The notes below the pieces were generated by a model. It did not search any database and was not told the DNA's origin. It saw nothing but the letters and a program-made list of their open reading frames with translations. From Cyanophyceae cyanobacterium (GTDB taxonomy: Bacteria > Cyanobacteriota > Cyanobacteriia > Cyanobacteriales > JBHJGN01): 64,000 bases of DNA. Of this stretch, positions 50,929 through 61,190 are shown one piece after another (positions within the stretch are counted from its first letter, which is position 1; each line of letters starts with the position of its first letter). The position numbers were made by a program, and so were the translations under genes. The stretch is from NCBI GenBank assembly GCA_050331735.1, contig JBHJGN010000022.1:32001-96000 (forward strand). The letters run 5' to 3'.

Positions 50929-51879
50929 ATGAACACTCAAACCGTCAATAATATTCTGAGCTGGTACGGGAGCGACAATCCCGGTACGCTCACCAACTTA
51001 GCTCGTCTACTCAACCAGGGTCGTCTAGCCGGAACGGGTAAAATGGTCATTCTGCCCGTAGACCAGGGCTTTGAACACGGACCTGCTCGCAGCTTCGCCA
51101 TGAACCCGGTCGCCTACGACCCCCGCTACCACTTTGAGCTGGCTATCGATGCTGGCTGTAGTGCTTACGCGGCTCCGCTTGGCTTCTTAGAAGCCGGTGC
51201 CAGAGAGTTTGCCGGAGAAATCCCGTTGATTCTCAAGGTCAACGACCACGACGTTCTCCTCAACGAGTCAGATCCCCATCAGGCGCTGACGGGCAGCATC
51301 AATGACGCGCTGCGCCTGGGCTGTGTGGGCATTGGCTTTACCATCTACCCCGGTTCTAGCCATCGCCTGGAGATGTACCAGCAAATCCGGGCCTACGCCG
51401 AAGAAGCGAAGCGCAACGGTTTAGTAGTGGTAATTTGGTCCTACCCGCGCGGTTCGGGCTTGAGTAAAGCGGGGGAAACAGCGATCGACATCACCTGCTA
51501 CGCCGCTCATATCGCGGCTCAACTGGGAGCGCACATCATTAAAGTGAAGCTACCCAGCAAACATATCGAGCAGGAAGCCGCCCAGAAGATCTACGAATCC
51601 TCCCACATTCCCATCAACAGCCTGAGCGATCGCGTCCGCCATGTAGTGCAGTGTACCTTCAACGGTCGGCGCGTCGTCATCTTTTCTGGAGGAGCTGCCA
51701 GTCACGATGAGATGGTGCTTGAGCAGATTCGCGCCATCTACGATGGCGGCGGCTTTGGCTCTATTGTCGGTCGCAACTCCTTCCAAAGATCTAAGTCAGA
51801 TGCCCTAGATCTGCTCAACAGAATGATGGATATCTACAGCGGACAGTTTGTTGCGTCTCCTTGTGCCTCTTTAGTGTAG
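50929..51879 (+). CDS. fbaB: Class I fructose-bisphosphate aldolase (FbaB/DhnA type)
   Basis: ILPVDQGFEHGP, WSYPRG, GAHIIKVKLP and GSIVGRNSFQR motifs. Confidence 0.92.
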   Translation: MNTQTVNNILSWYGSDNPGTLTNLARLLNQGRLAGTGKMVILPVDQGFEHGPARSFAMNPVAYDPRYHFELAIDAGCSAYAAPLGFLEAGAREFAGEIPLILKVNDHDVLLNESDPHQALTGSINDALRLGCVGIGFTIYPGSSHRLEMYQQIRAYAEEAKRNGLVVVIWSYPRGSGLSKAGETAIDITCYAAHIAAQLGAHIIKVKLPSKHIEQEAAQKIYESSHIPINSLSDRVRHVVQCTFNGRRVVIFSGGAASHDEMVLEQIRAIYDGGGFGSIVGRNSFQRSKSDALDLLNRMMDIYSGQFVASPCASLV

Positions 51880-52122
51880 GAAGCGCTCCTAGGCGCGGGG
51901 AAAGGGAAGCCGCGTTCGCGGCGGGGAAAGGGAAAATAGTTCCTACGGAACGGGGAAAGGGAAAATTGTCGCTCCGCGACGGGAAAAGAACACAGGAGCG
52001 AGGAACTGGCTGAGTCCCTCCTTTCCCCTGCGCCAGTGGCGCTTCCCCTTTTTCCGTTGCGGAGCAACTCCCCCCTTCCCCGTCGCGTGCTTCCTGCGGA
52101 AGAACTTCGTAAACGCGACAAT
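51880..52122. repeat. Composite heptamer / mini-hairpin repeat
   Basis: GTTCCTACGGAAC, GTCGCTCCGCGAC, GTTGCGGAGCAAC and CTTCCTGCGGAAG within GGGGAAA/TTTCCCC tracts. Confidence 0.85.
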
Positions 52123-52142
52123 TCACTCAACTATTTCAGACG

Positions 52143-53222
52143 ATGAACGGACTAAAGCAACTACAACTCGATCGCGGTCGGCTTGACATCTTGTCAGCAG
52201 ACAGGGCCCTTGTCAACCGACCGAGGCTGCTGTTAGCTGGGGATATCGGTGGGACGAAAACGATTTTGCGTTTAGTGGAGTTGTCAGCAGACTCGACCTT
52301 CAAAACGATCCATCAGGTTAAATACTCAAGCAGTAACTTTCCCGATCTCGTCCCGATGGTGCAGCAGTTTTTAGCAGCCATTGAGGGCTACTTCCCAGAG
52401 GTTGCCTGTTTTGCGATCGCCGGAGCAGTCATCGACAATACGTCTAAGCTCACAAACCTCAACTGGTTTTTAGACAGCCAGCGCTTAGAGGTCGAGCTCG
52501 GCATTCCCAAAGTCAGTCTGCTCAATGACTTTGCCGCTAACTGCTATGGCGTGTTGGGATTGAATCCTGCCGACTTACACACGCTCCAAGACGGAAAACC
52601 CTCAAAGACAGCGCCCATCGCGGTAATTGGTGCAGGAACGGGCCTCGGAGAAGGTTTTTTAGTTCCCCAGGGAGACCAGTATCAGATCTTTGCTTCAGAG
52701 GGAGGACACGCTGACTTTGCACCGCGCTCCGAGTTAGAACTGAAGCTAGGCTCTTACCTGCAAGAGAAGTACCAAACGAACCACATTTCCGTCGAGCGCT
52801 TAGTGTCTGGTCGAGGGATTGTTGATATTTATCAGGGTTTACGTCTGCACCGCGTCTTTCCTGAATCCCCGGAGATTGCTGAGGCGATGGCGAGCCAAAA
52901 AGTAGATGCGGCGGCGATCATTTCCCAAGCGGCGCTGGAGCGGAGCGATCGCCTGTGCGAAAAAACGATGGAAATCTTCATCGAAACCTACGCAGCGCAG
53001 GCAGGGAACCTCGCGCTCACTCTCCTTCCCTTTGGCGGTCTTTATATCAGTGGCGGCATTGCTGCTAAGATTTTGCCGCTGATACAAGAGGAACGCTTTT
53101 TGGCGGCGTTTAGGCGCAAAGGCAGAATGAGCGAAATCCTGCAACAGATCCCGCTGCACGTAGTTTTAAATCCGCAGGTAGGGCTGTTGGGGTCAATTTT
53201 GTATGGTTGTGCAACCTTTTAA
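52143..53222 (+). CDS. glk: Glucokinase
   Basis: LAGDIGGTK, NDF, GAGTGLG, SEGGH and ERLVSGRG motifs. Confidence 0.95.
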   Translation: MNGLKQLQLDRGRLDILSADRALVNRPRLLLAGDIGGTKTILRLVELSADSTFKTIHQVKYSSSNFPDLVPMVQQFLAAIEGYFPEVACFAIAGAVIDNTSKLTNLNWFLDSQRLEVELGIPKVSLLNDFAANCYGVLGLNPADLHTLQDGKPSKTAPIAVIGAGTGLGEGFLVPQGDQYQIFASEGGHADFAPRSELELKLGSYLQEKYQTNHISVERLVSGRGIVDIYQGLRLHRVFPESPEIAEAMASQKVDAAAIISQAALERSDRLCEKTMEIFIETYAAQAGNLALTLLPFGGLYISGGIAAKILPLIQEERFLAAFRRKGRMSEILQQIPLHVVLNPQVGLLGSILYGCATF

Positions 53223-53234
53223 CCGAGAAGAACA

Positions 53235-53939
53235 ATGAATTCCAAAGCCTTAATTGCTGAATTTATCGGCACTTTTGCCCTCGTGTTTATTGGCATTAGT
53301 ACGATCGCAGCCAACGAGATCAGCGACAATGCTACTGGACTAGTGGGAGTCGCCCTCGGTCATGGTTTGACCATCGCCGTTATGGTCAGTGCAACGGCGG
53401 CGATCAGCGGCGGACATATTAATCCTGCTGTGACGTTTGGTGCTTGGCTAGCTCGTCAAATCGATTCTAAAAACGCCATCGGCTACCTTATTTCCCAGTG
53501 CTTAGCGGCTCTCCTGGCGGCGAGCTTAGTTAAGTTGACCGTTCCCACTGCGGTCCTCCAGGCGATCGCGATGGGAACCCCCGCTCCCGGTGCTGGCGTT
53601 CCGGCCTCGATGGCGTTCATGATGGAGGTGGTGCTCACGTTCTTTTTGGTGTTTGTGGTGTTTGGAACAGCCATTGATGGACGCGCCCCCAACGTGGGAG
53701 GACTATTTGTCGGCCTAACCGTCACTCTCGATATTCTTGCCGGGGGTCCGATCAGCGGCGCTGCCATGAATCCCGCTCGCTACCTAGGTCCGGCCCTCGT
53801 CAGCGGTAACCTACAGTATTTTTGGCTGTACTGGAGCGCTCCCTTGCTCGGTGGAGCGATCGCTGCGGCGCTGTATTACTTTGTTCTACAAGAATGTGCG
53901 CGGCTGTATCTTTTCACCGGCAGAGGCAGTAAGCAGTGA
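53235..53939 (+). CDS. MIP family channel (aquaporin)
   Basis: AEFIGTF and two NPA motifs (GHINPAVT, AMNPAR). Confidence 0.95.
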   Translation: MNSKALIAEFIGTFALVFIGISTIAANEISDNATGLVGVALGHGLTIAVMVSATAAISGGHINPAVTFGAWLARQIDSKNAIGYLISQCLAALLAASLVKLTVPTAVLQAIAMGTPAPGAGVPASMAFMMEVVLTFFLVFVVFGTAIDGRAPNVGGLFVGLTVTLDILAGGPISGAAMNPARYLGPALVSGNLQYFWLYWSAPLLGGAIAAALYYFVLQECARLYLFTGRGSKQ

Positions 53940-53981
53940 CCAGTGACCAAACTGCCTAGCTGATTCGATCACTGGTCACTG
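53934..53981 (+). repeat. CAGTGAC heptamer hairpin (STRR-like)
   Basis: CAGTGACCAGTGA / TCACTGGTCACTG perfect 13-bp stem; the same heptamer is tandem at 4134-4162 and 13314-13330. Confidence 0.7.
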
Positions 53982-54176
53982 ATAATATGAAATTGCTTAA
54001 TATTTGCTACAGATGGTAGTCAAGAGGCAGAGGGCAGGAGGCAGGAGAGTGAGAAACAATGCTACAGATGCATTTTTTCTTCTATTTCATACAACTCTGT
54101 CCTCACCACATCGTCTTTACTGTTCGCTATTGCCCCTTTCCCCTTTCCCTTTCCCCATCGCGCAGCGACAGAGCCA

Positions 54177-55577
54177 ATGTTACCAATTAGCTATAGCTGG
54201 AAGGCAGCGCGTAAAGCGCTCGATAACTCGATCATCTACTATCGCGGGCAGCCAGTCGGAACGATCGCTGCTCTCGACTCCTCTTTGGGTGAGCTAAACT
54301 ACAGTCACTGCTTTGTGCGAGACTTTGCGGTTTCTGCCTTGGCGTTTCTAACCGAGGGAGAAACGGAGATTGTGCGCCACTTTCTCACGGAAGTTTTACA
54401 CTTGCAAAGCCGTCAAAAGCGCATGGATTGCTTTCAGGCTGGACGAGGAGTGATGCCAGCAAGCTTTAAGGTAGAGACGTTGCTTGGAACAGAAGAGTTA
54501 ACGGCGGACTTCGGCGAACACGCGATCGCCCGCGTGACTCCGGTAGATTCGGTATTTTGGTGGCTGCTGATCCTACGGGCCTACGTTAGAGCGACGGGGC
54601 ATCTCAGTTTTGCCCAGCAGCCCGAGGTTCAGCAGGGCATCCGGCTAATTTTAGATCTGTGCTTGACCACAAGGTTCGATCTGTTTCCGACGCTCTTTGT
54701 TCCTGATGGCTCATTCACCATCGATCGGCGGATGGGAGTTGACGGTCATCCGTTAGATATTCAGGTTTTGTTTGCAGTGGCCCTGCAAACGTCCCAGGAA
54801 TTCCTGTTGCCCACGCCAGAAAACGCCGTTTATCGGCAAGCGGTTCGTGATCGCCTGGGTCATCTAGTTTATCACCTGCGCCAGTATTATTGGCTCGATC
54901 GCCACCGACTGAACGAGATTTACCGCTATCGGGTGGAAGAGTTTGGCGAGACAGCCGTCAACAAGTTTAATATTTACCCTGAAACCATTCCCGACTGGCT
55001 CACCGACTGGCTGCGAGAGGGCAACGGTTATTTTGTGGGCAATCTTGGTTCAGGACGAATCGACTATCGCTTTTTTACTCAAGGCAACCTGCTGGCGGTG
55101 CTTACTGCTGTCGCCACCGAACAGCAGTCGGAAGCAATTATGAACACCATTGAGCATCACTGGTCAGAGCTGATCGCAGATATGCCGATGAAGCTCTGTT
55201 TTCCGGCCTTAGAAGCGCAAGAGTGGCAAATCGTGACGGGTTCAGATCCTAAAAATAGTCCCTGGTCTTACCATAATGGGGGAAGCTGGCCCTTTTTGCT
55301 GTGGCTCCTAGCAGCCGCCGCTCAAAAGACGGGCCGAGTTTCTCTAGCACAGCAGGCCCTCGCCATTGCTGAAACCCGTCTGCTAGAAGACCAGTGGCCC
55401 GAGTATTACGACGGCAAACACGGTAGTTTAATCGGCAAACAGGCTCGGCTCTTCCAAACCTGGACCATTGCCGGTGCGCTCGCTGCCCGCAACTTTCTAG
55501 ATAACCCAAACCACCTAGCCTTAATTAATCACGACCGGGCGATCGCCGTTTCTTCCTGTTCGCTCCCTGTCAAGTAG
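54177..55577 (+). CDS. Alkaline/neutral invertase (GH100)
   Basis: PVGTIAA, FVRDF, MPASFKV, PVDS.FWW, IDRRMG, PWSYHNGGSWP and WPEYYD motifs. Confidence 0.93.
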   Translation: MLPISYSWKAARKALDNSIIYYRGQPVGTIAALDSSLGELNYSHCFVRDFAVSALAFLTEGETEIVRHFLTEVLHLQSRQKRMDCFQAGRGVMPASFKVETLLGTEELTADFGEHAIARVTPVDSVFWWLLILRAYVRATGHLSFAQQPEVQQGIRLILDLCLTTRFDLFPTLFVPDGSFTIDRRMGVDGHPLDIQVLFAVALQTSQEFLLPTPENAVYRQAVRDRLGHLVYHLRQYYWLDRHRLNEIYRYRVEEFGETAVNKFNIYPETIPDWLTDWLREGNGYFVGNLGSGRIDYRFFTQGNLLAVLTAVATEQQSEAIMNTIEHHWSELIADMPMKLCFPALEAQEWQIVTGSDPKNSPWSYHNGGSWPFLLWLLAAAAQKTGRVSLAQQALAIAETRLLEDQWPEYYDGKHGSLIGKQARLFQTWTIAGALAARNFLDNPNHLALINHDRAIAVSSCSLPVK

Positions 55578-55704
55578 GGGGAAGGGGAAAATTGTCCCTC
55601 CGGAACGGGGAAAGAACACAGAGTTTAGGAACAAGCTGTGGAATTCATTCCTTTTCCTTTTCCCTTTTCCCTCGCCTCCGGCGCTTCCCGTCGCGAAGCG
55701 ACTT
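55576..55704. repeat. Composite heptamer / mini-hairpin repeat
   Basis: GGGGAAAATTGTCCCTCCGGAACGGGGAAAGAACAC...AGGAACAAGCT... and GTCGCGAAGCGAC. Confidence 0.85.
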
Positions 55705-56751
55705 TTAGCTTCCTCTAAAACCATTCACCACTTCCATGTGCTTGGCCATAGAAAAGCGAGTTGAATTCATTTTGGTATCGGTATGATTCAGATTGCCAAC
55801 TAGAGTCAGGAGGATTCCGACTAAAATAACGCTTCCCCCTAGGTACTGAGCCATCGTCGGGACTTCCCCTAGAATAACGTATGCCATAGCGATCGCGGCG
55901 ATCGGATTAAACGAGGTGGCAATGGCCACTTCCATGCTGGTGGCATTTCTTAAACCAGCAAACCAGCAAACCTGACCAGCGACGACGATAATGCCACTAT
56001 ACACAATCATCCACAGCCACAGAAACGGCGAGAGCGCCCCTGCAAAATGCGCTAGACCGTAGATATAGTAGGCAAGCACAAAAAAGACAATTGTTCCGAG
56101 AAAAGTCCGATAAAGACTAAAGAACCCGACAGAAATCCGCTGCAAATGAGTTTTGCTGAGAACTGTCGCTACCGCTAAAGCCAGAGCGCCCGCCGCCGCC
56201 TGCAATTCCCCACGACCAATAGCGGTTCCTCCCATCATTGAATGAGCTGGCTGGACCATCTCTGCATTAGTTAGCAAGGCAGTTGTCGCCACGCCTGTAA
56301 ACGCCAGTCCTGACCCTACAGCCGTCCAAATGTTAACCCGCGTCTTCAGCAGTAAATAGCTGAGCACGAGAGTGAGCGGAGGCTCAACTCTGCCAATCAA
56401 CACCACATTTGTAACGGTTGTGTTATCTAAAGCCGCAAAAATCAATGCCGGACCAATCGCCCCAGATAGAATCCCAATCACCGTTAGGCCAAACCAGCGG
56501 CGCGCAGAAAGCTGTTTAAGAGACTGCCAATTCTCTTGACGGGAAAACAGCAGGCTCATCACGGCAAAAGCACAGATATTTCCAATGAACAAAACATTAC
56601 AAACAGAAATCGGATTTGTTCCATCTACAAAGTTCTGTTCGCCAATTTCCGTTAGCTTGCGGATAACGCTGGCAGAAGCGGCAAAAATAATATTTGCTAT
56701 CCATAGATAAGCCAAACTGGGAATTTCTACTGAAAGCTTGCCTAACATCAC
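55705..56751 (-). CDS. DMT/EamA family transporter
   Basis: About ten TM segments in two EamA-like repeats; ILGE.P...Q..GG..IL.G motif. Confidence 0.85.
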   Translation of the reverse strand: MMLGKLSVEIPSLAYLWIANIIFAASASVIRKLTEIGEQNFVDGTNPISVCNVLFIGNICAFAVMSLLFSRQENWQSLKQLSARRWFGLTVIGILSGAIGPALIFAALDNTTVTNVVLIGRVEPPLTLVLSYLLLKTRVNIWTAVGSGLAFTGVATTALLTNAEMVQPAHSMMGGTAIGRGELQAAAGALALAVATVLSKTHLQRISVGFFSLYRTFLGTIVFFVLAYYIYGLAHFAGALSPFLWLWMIVYSGIIVVAGQVCWFAGLRNATSMEVAIATSFNPIAAIAMAYVILGEVPTMAQYLGGSVILVGILLTLVGNLNHTDTKMNSTRFSMAKHMEVVNGFRGS

Positions 56752-57214
56752 TCGTTATTTGTATTAATAGTTGCCTGTGTTTTATTTTGCTATGTTCAGA
56801 CTTTAGAGTGGCACTATTTTAGATTTTTGACCAGGGAAGTTTAAGGCTTTAAACAAGCACCCATTAGCTTACTCTCTGCATCAGCCCCTAAAAATGCAGC
56901 AATTTTGTGATAATAAACTATCGTTGGCAATTTTCCTCTCAAGCTAATGCTATTTCTCAATATAGATACTACACCAATAGAGAATTCTGTGACCTTTACC
57001 CCTTCCCCCTTCCCCTTTTCCCTGACTACACATCTGTAGCTTGACTTGCCAGAAATGGCATAAAACCCACCAATAATTAACAATTAATCATCAGCAATTC
57101 TCCTAACTTCTTAGTTAAATTCCCAAATATAGCTAGCAAAGATTTAATAAATCGACATAATGAATCGCTAGGAACACCATCCTAATAGTAAGGGCAACTT
57201 AATCAGGAGAAGCC

Positions 57215-57727
57215 ATGAATCCCAGACAATTGTTTCGACCCGGTATTGCTTCCTCAGTCGTTGTTTTAGCGGCATTAGTCGGTGCTGCGGCTAGCTTTGA
57301 AAGCGTCTCTCAAGCTCAGCCTAACGAAACCGTTATCGAGCTTGCTCAGAGCGCTGCTGAAGAGATTATGGAGGGAACTTTTGTAGCAGCAGAAGCGCCA
57401 ACCACTGGCAATGTTAGCATCGTCAACGAAAACGGCACTCGCTATTTGGTCATTGATTCGGCTTTTAGCACGACCGATCAGGCCCCCGATCTGCATGTTT
57501 TGTTAGATACAGTAGAGCAACCACCACAACAGTATACAGAAGCTGAAGCGGGAAGATATATCAATCTCGGCGGACTTCAAAATACTATGGGCGAGCAGCG
57601 CTATCCCATTCCCAATGCGGTAGAGCTTTCTCAGATTAAATCTGTCGTTGTTTGGTGTCGCATGGCCAACGCCACTATGGGGTATGCCACTCTCAACGAG
57701 AGCGCGACAGCAAGCGTTCCTCAGTAA
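57215..57727 (+). CDS. DM13 domain secreted protein
   Basis: Signal peptide; G.F, T.G.V, PDLHVLL, LGGL...GEQRY.IP and SVVVWC DM13 pattern. Confidence 0.85.
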   Translation: MNPRQLFRPGIASSVVVLAALVGAAASFESVSQAQPNETVIELAQSAAEEIMEGTFVAAEAPTTGNVSIVNENGTRYLVIDSAFSTTDQAPDLHVLLDTVEQPPQQYTEAEAGRYINLGGLQNTMGEQRYPIPNAVELSQIKSVVVWCRMANATMGYATLNESATASVPQ

Positions 57728-58028
57728 AGTTACTTCGTGACGGGGAAAGGGAAAACATTCCTGATGGAGTGATGACAGTCTAGGTTGAACCAATTTGGAA
57801 TTGACGCAGCCATCGAACAGCGCTCCGTCGTCTTACGGTGAGGTCTCTCTAACCGTTAACGACCCACGACTAACCTCTATTCACCCTATCCATAGTCAAG
57901 TCTCTACATAATCGGGGAGAGACAAAAATCAGTACTCAACCTTTCCCCTTTCCCCCTTACCCTTTTCCCGATTCTTTTCGCCTTCGGCTATTCCTTCACT
58001 GACAACATCATTAGCAGGTCTCAAAGAC

Positions 58029-58766
58029 ATGAAGAAATTTCTGGAAGTTTTACCAGACAAAGAAACCCTGATTCAGCGATCGCTCGAGGTCGTTGTACAG
58101 AAAATCCGCTTAGCCATTGAGGAGCGTTCTGTTTGTACCCTTTCCCTAGCCGGAGGCAGTACCCCAAAACCGCTCTATGAAGCTCTAGCCGAGCAAACCC
58201 TGCCCTGGGAGAAACTTCAGGTATTTTGGGGAGACGAGCGCTATGTTCCGGTGAGTAGTCCCCAAAGCAATCAGAGAATGGTGCGTCAGGCGTGGCTCGA
58301 TCGAGTATCCATCCCCGAAGCCAACGTTCATCCCATGCCGACAGGGGCAGGAGATCCGAGCGAGGATGCTGCTACCTACGAAGCGAAGCTGCGGCAAGTT
58401 TTTGGAACGACGGCCATTCCTACTTTCGACATTGTTCTCTTAGGAGTTGGGGACGATGGCCATACGGCCTCTCTGTTTCCCCATACCGATGCTTTAAAGG
58501 TCCGCGATCGCCTCGTCACGGTGGGCAAGAAGGATGGTGAACCGCGCCTCTCGTTTACGGTTCCCCTGATCAACAGCGCTCGCTGCGTCATTTTTCTAGC
58601 AGCAGGAGAGAATAAACAACAGGCCCTCGCTCAGATTCACGGAGCCGCCGCCGATGCCATGACCTACCCGGCTCGTTTGATTCAGCCTCAAGGAGAACTC
58701 TGGTGGCTACTCGATCGGGGGGCTGGAGCAGAATTTATTCAGAAGGCAGGAGCAGCCTACGTTTAA
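58029..58766 (+). CDS. pgl: 6-phosphogluconolactonase
   Basis: LAGGSTP, FWGDERYVP and LLGVGDDGHTASLFP motifs. Confidence 0.95.
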   Translation: MKKFLEVLPDKETLIQRSLEVVVQKIRLAIEERSVCTLSLAGGSTPKPLYEALAEQTLPWEKLQVFWGDERYVPVSSPQSNQRMVRQAWLDRVSIPEANVHPMPTGAGDPSEDAATYEAKLRQVFGTTAIPTFDIVLLGVGDDGHTASLFPHTDALKVRDRLVTVGKKDGEPRLSFTVPLINSARCVIFLAAGENKQQALAQIHGAAADAMTYPARLIQPQGELWWLLDRGAGAEFIQKAGAAYV

Positions 58767-59023
58767 CAACGTGGGATTGACAGCTAAGATTGATGGTTGC
58801 GAGGTGAGCCTCGGACCACAAACCAGGAATCGCGGCAGTCACAAGTTACAGGTCTGTGAGGAAGATGATGCTCTTAACCACCAAAGTGAGAGGCTTCCGC
58901 TAATTTCTAATTTAAGTTCCTAAACACCGCTGGCAAAAGTTTTCAAAGAGCACATAATAGGTCATTAAATGAGTCATCAAATCAAATGGCTCGATACGGT
59001 AAGCACTGTGAGCTAATGGCAGT

Positions 59024-60079
59024 ATGCCACCTCTCTTGAAGACTTGTCGTCTAGACTGCCCTAAGCAAATTCAGAGGCGTTTTCTAGCCGCAGCTTCCAG
59101 CTATTCAACGACCCCCTGTCTGTCGGAGGAGGCTCTGCTCGTCTTGTTGAGCCAGCTCTATTTCAACCCCAAGTTAAGTAAGGTAGAAATCGTGGAATCA
59201 AGATCATTTACTGTCAAAGCTCCTTGTCGTCCTCAAAGTGGCGATCGCTTTGGGTCTTCTTACCCGAAGCAGCCGTTTATATCCTCTCCTACCCCAGAGT
59301 CGGCAATAGGTCAGGAGCTCAGTCAACTCGCCGAGATTGGAGCCAGAGCCGCCGCCCTCGTTCATGAAATGCGGAATCCGCTGACGACGATCTTGATGGG
59401 CCTTACGTCTCTTCAGAAAACCGAGCAGCCAGAACCAGTCGAGACGCGATTGAGTCTCGCCCTAGAAGAGGCAGAGCGACTTCAGCGCTTAATCGACGAA
59501 ATTTCGCTGTATGCAAAGCCCTTGGTCGTTCAGCGTCACGAGCTAGAGCTGAACAGTTTGAGTCAAGAAATGCTCGCGAGCCTCACACTTCCTGAGTCGC
59601 TGGAGCGCAAAATTAATTTTATCGGGACGAGCTGTGCTGTTTGGATCAAAGGCGATCGCGACAAGCTGAAGCAAGTCTTTATCAACTTATTGACCAATGC
59701 CTGTGAGGCTATTTCCTCCCGCGAAGTTGTTACCTTAACCCTGAATCCACAGCCAGCCAATAATTTAGTGTGGGTTCGTCTCCACAATGGCGGACGACCG
59801 ATTCGGCCAGAGGTGTTAGCTCAGCTCACGCAGCCGTTTTTTACCACCAAATCCAACGGAAACGGCCTTGGATTAGCGATTGTAAAGCACATTGTCGAGG
59901 CTCATGGCGGTCAATTGGTCATCAAGTCCTCCGGCGCTGGCACAACCGTCAGCGTTGGTTTCCCCATCACTCGGCTCATTCCCGAAGAAGACAGAAGCAG
60001 ACCGCTCCGCAGAAGACTCTATCGGCAAAATGTCACGGTACTTGATAAGTCCGCACAAAAGCTCCAGAAAAGTCTATAA
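59024..60079 (+). CDS. Histidine kinase without a recognisable sensor domain (start uncertain)
   Basis: VHEMRNPL, NLLTNACEA and PFFTTKSNGNGLGL; the N-terminal ~95 aa are not recognisable. Confidence 0.75.
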   Translation: MPPLLKTCRLDCPKQIQRRFLAAASSYSTTPCLSEEALLVLLSQLYFNPKLSKVEIVESRSFTVKAPCRPQSGDRFGSSYPKQPFISSPTPESAIGQELSQLAEIGARAAALVHEMRNPLTTILMGLTSLQKTEQPEPVETRLSLALEEAERLQRLIDEISLYAKPLVVQRHELELNSLSQEMLASLTLPESLERKINFIGTSCAVWIKGDRDKLKQVFINLLTNACEAISSREVVTLTLNPQPANNLVWVRLHNGGRPIRPEVLAQLTQPFFTTKSNGNGLGLAIVKHIVEAHGGQLVIKSSGAGTTVSVGFPITRLIPEEDRSRPLRRRLYRQNVTVLDKSAQKLQKSL

Positions 60080-61190
60080 ATCTAAAGAAAATCTAACAAA
60101 GAGCGGTTTTGGGAAGAAACTGGGCCACAATAAATGTATTAATAAATACAAAACGGGGTCAGCCAGAATAAAGACCCTGAATATAGCTAAAACGAATACA
60201 TTTGCCAGAGCGCTAATTTCCTATTCAATAGGGGGTTAGCGCTTTTTGGCTAGCCAGTGAATTCCTGACTCTTGGCTAATTGTTACAAGAAATCAAAGTT
60301 TTGCTAACTTTCCGTAAAAACGGTGCTTTCTGGCTGAATAAAGGATAGAAATAGCCAAGTCAGACGAATTATGAAAAATTTAGCTGTGGCAGATATTTTC
60401 TATCTAGAGAAGCACCGCTGCCAACTTTCACAAGAAGCTTCACCAATATTTCCCAAAAAACTATTAGCAATCTCTAAAAGAATGTGTTCTTCCATACAAG
60501 TTGCTTCCCAATCGAGCCACTAATAGCGCAGTAGTAAAGCCTAAACAACACTCAATAAACCGCTGTCAAACAGGAGCGCAACCTGTTGTCAAGCGCTAGT
60601 GACCGCTAGCGAAACAACTAGCTAATTCAAGGAATAGACTGCGGTATTTATTCAAAAATAACAGGTTCAAACTTGTAGATTTAGCGATCAGCTCTAAAAC
60701 GAGCTTTCTGTCCTAAATTTATCAGTTGACAAAAAAAAACTACACATCTATCGTAAGGATGATAGCTAAAGTACTTAGTTCCCTTAGTCCTTGTTTAGGG
60801 CTTCTCCAATGATTCTGCCAAAGCCAGAATATCGCTGTCGGGCTACGTTAGCCTGGCAAAAGTTGCTCAAGCGTCAATCTGACTCTAGATGGGACGCTCA
60901 GAAAAATTTCAGACAAAAAAATATTCATCGAGAAACTAGCAATTTACTTCGTTGAAGCATTGCTATACGTCATCGGGGTGATGAACACCCCATGAGGAGG
61001 CTTGGCGTGTTTTCCACATCAAGGCTTCACCAACAGGCGATCGCAGTTCTCCCAAGGACTGGGAAAATGCCAACAAGCAGGGGGAATTTTCCTCAAAGAG
61101 TTTTTTTGTGATGGGGATGGATGAGGAGTTTGAGAGAGCAAATCGGTCATCCAGAGTACAAGCAAAACAAGATCAGGAGGCAATCGGATT

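Noticed and set aside
60371..60523. 50-codon ORF beginning MKNLAVADIFY
   Set aside because: No RBS or motif support in an AT-rich intergenic region.
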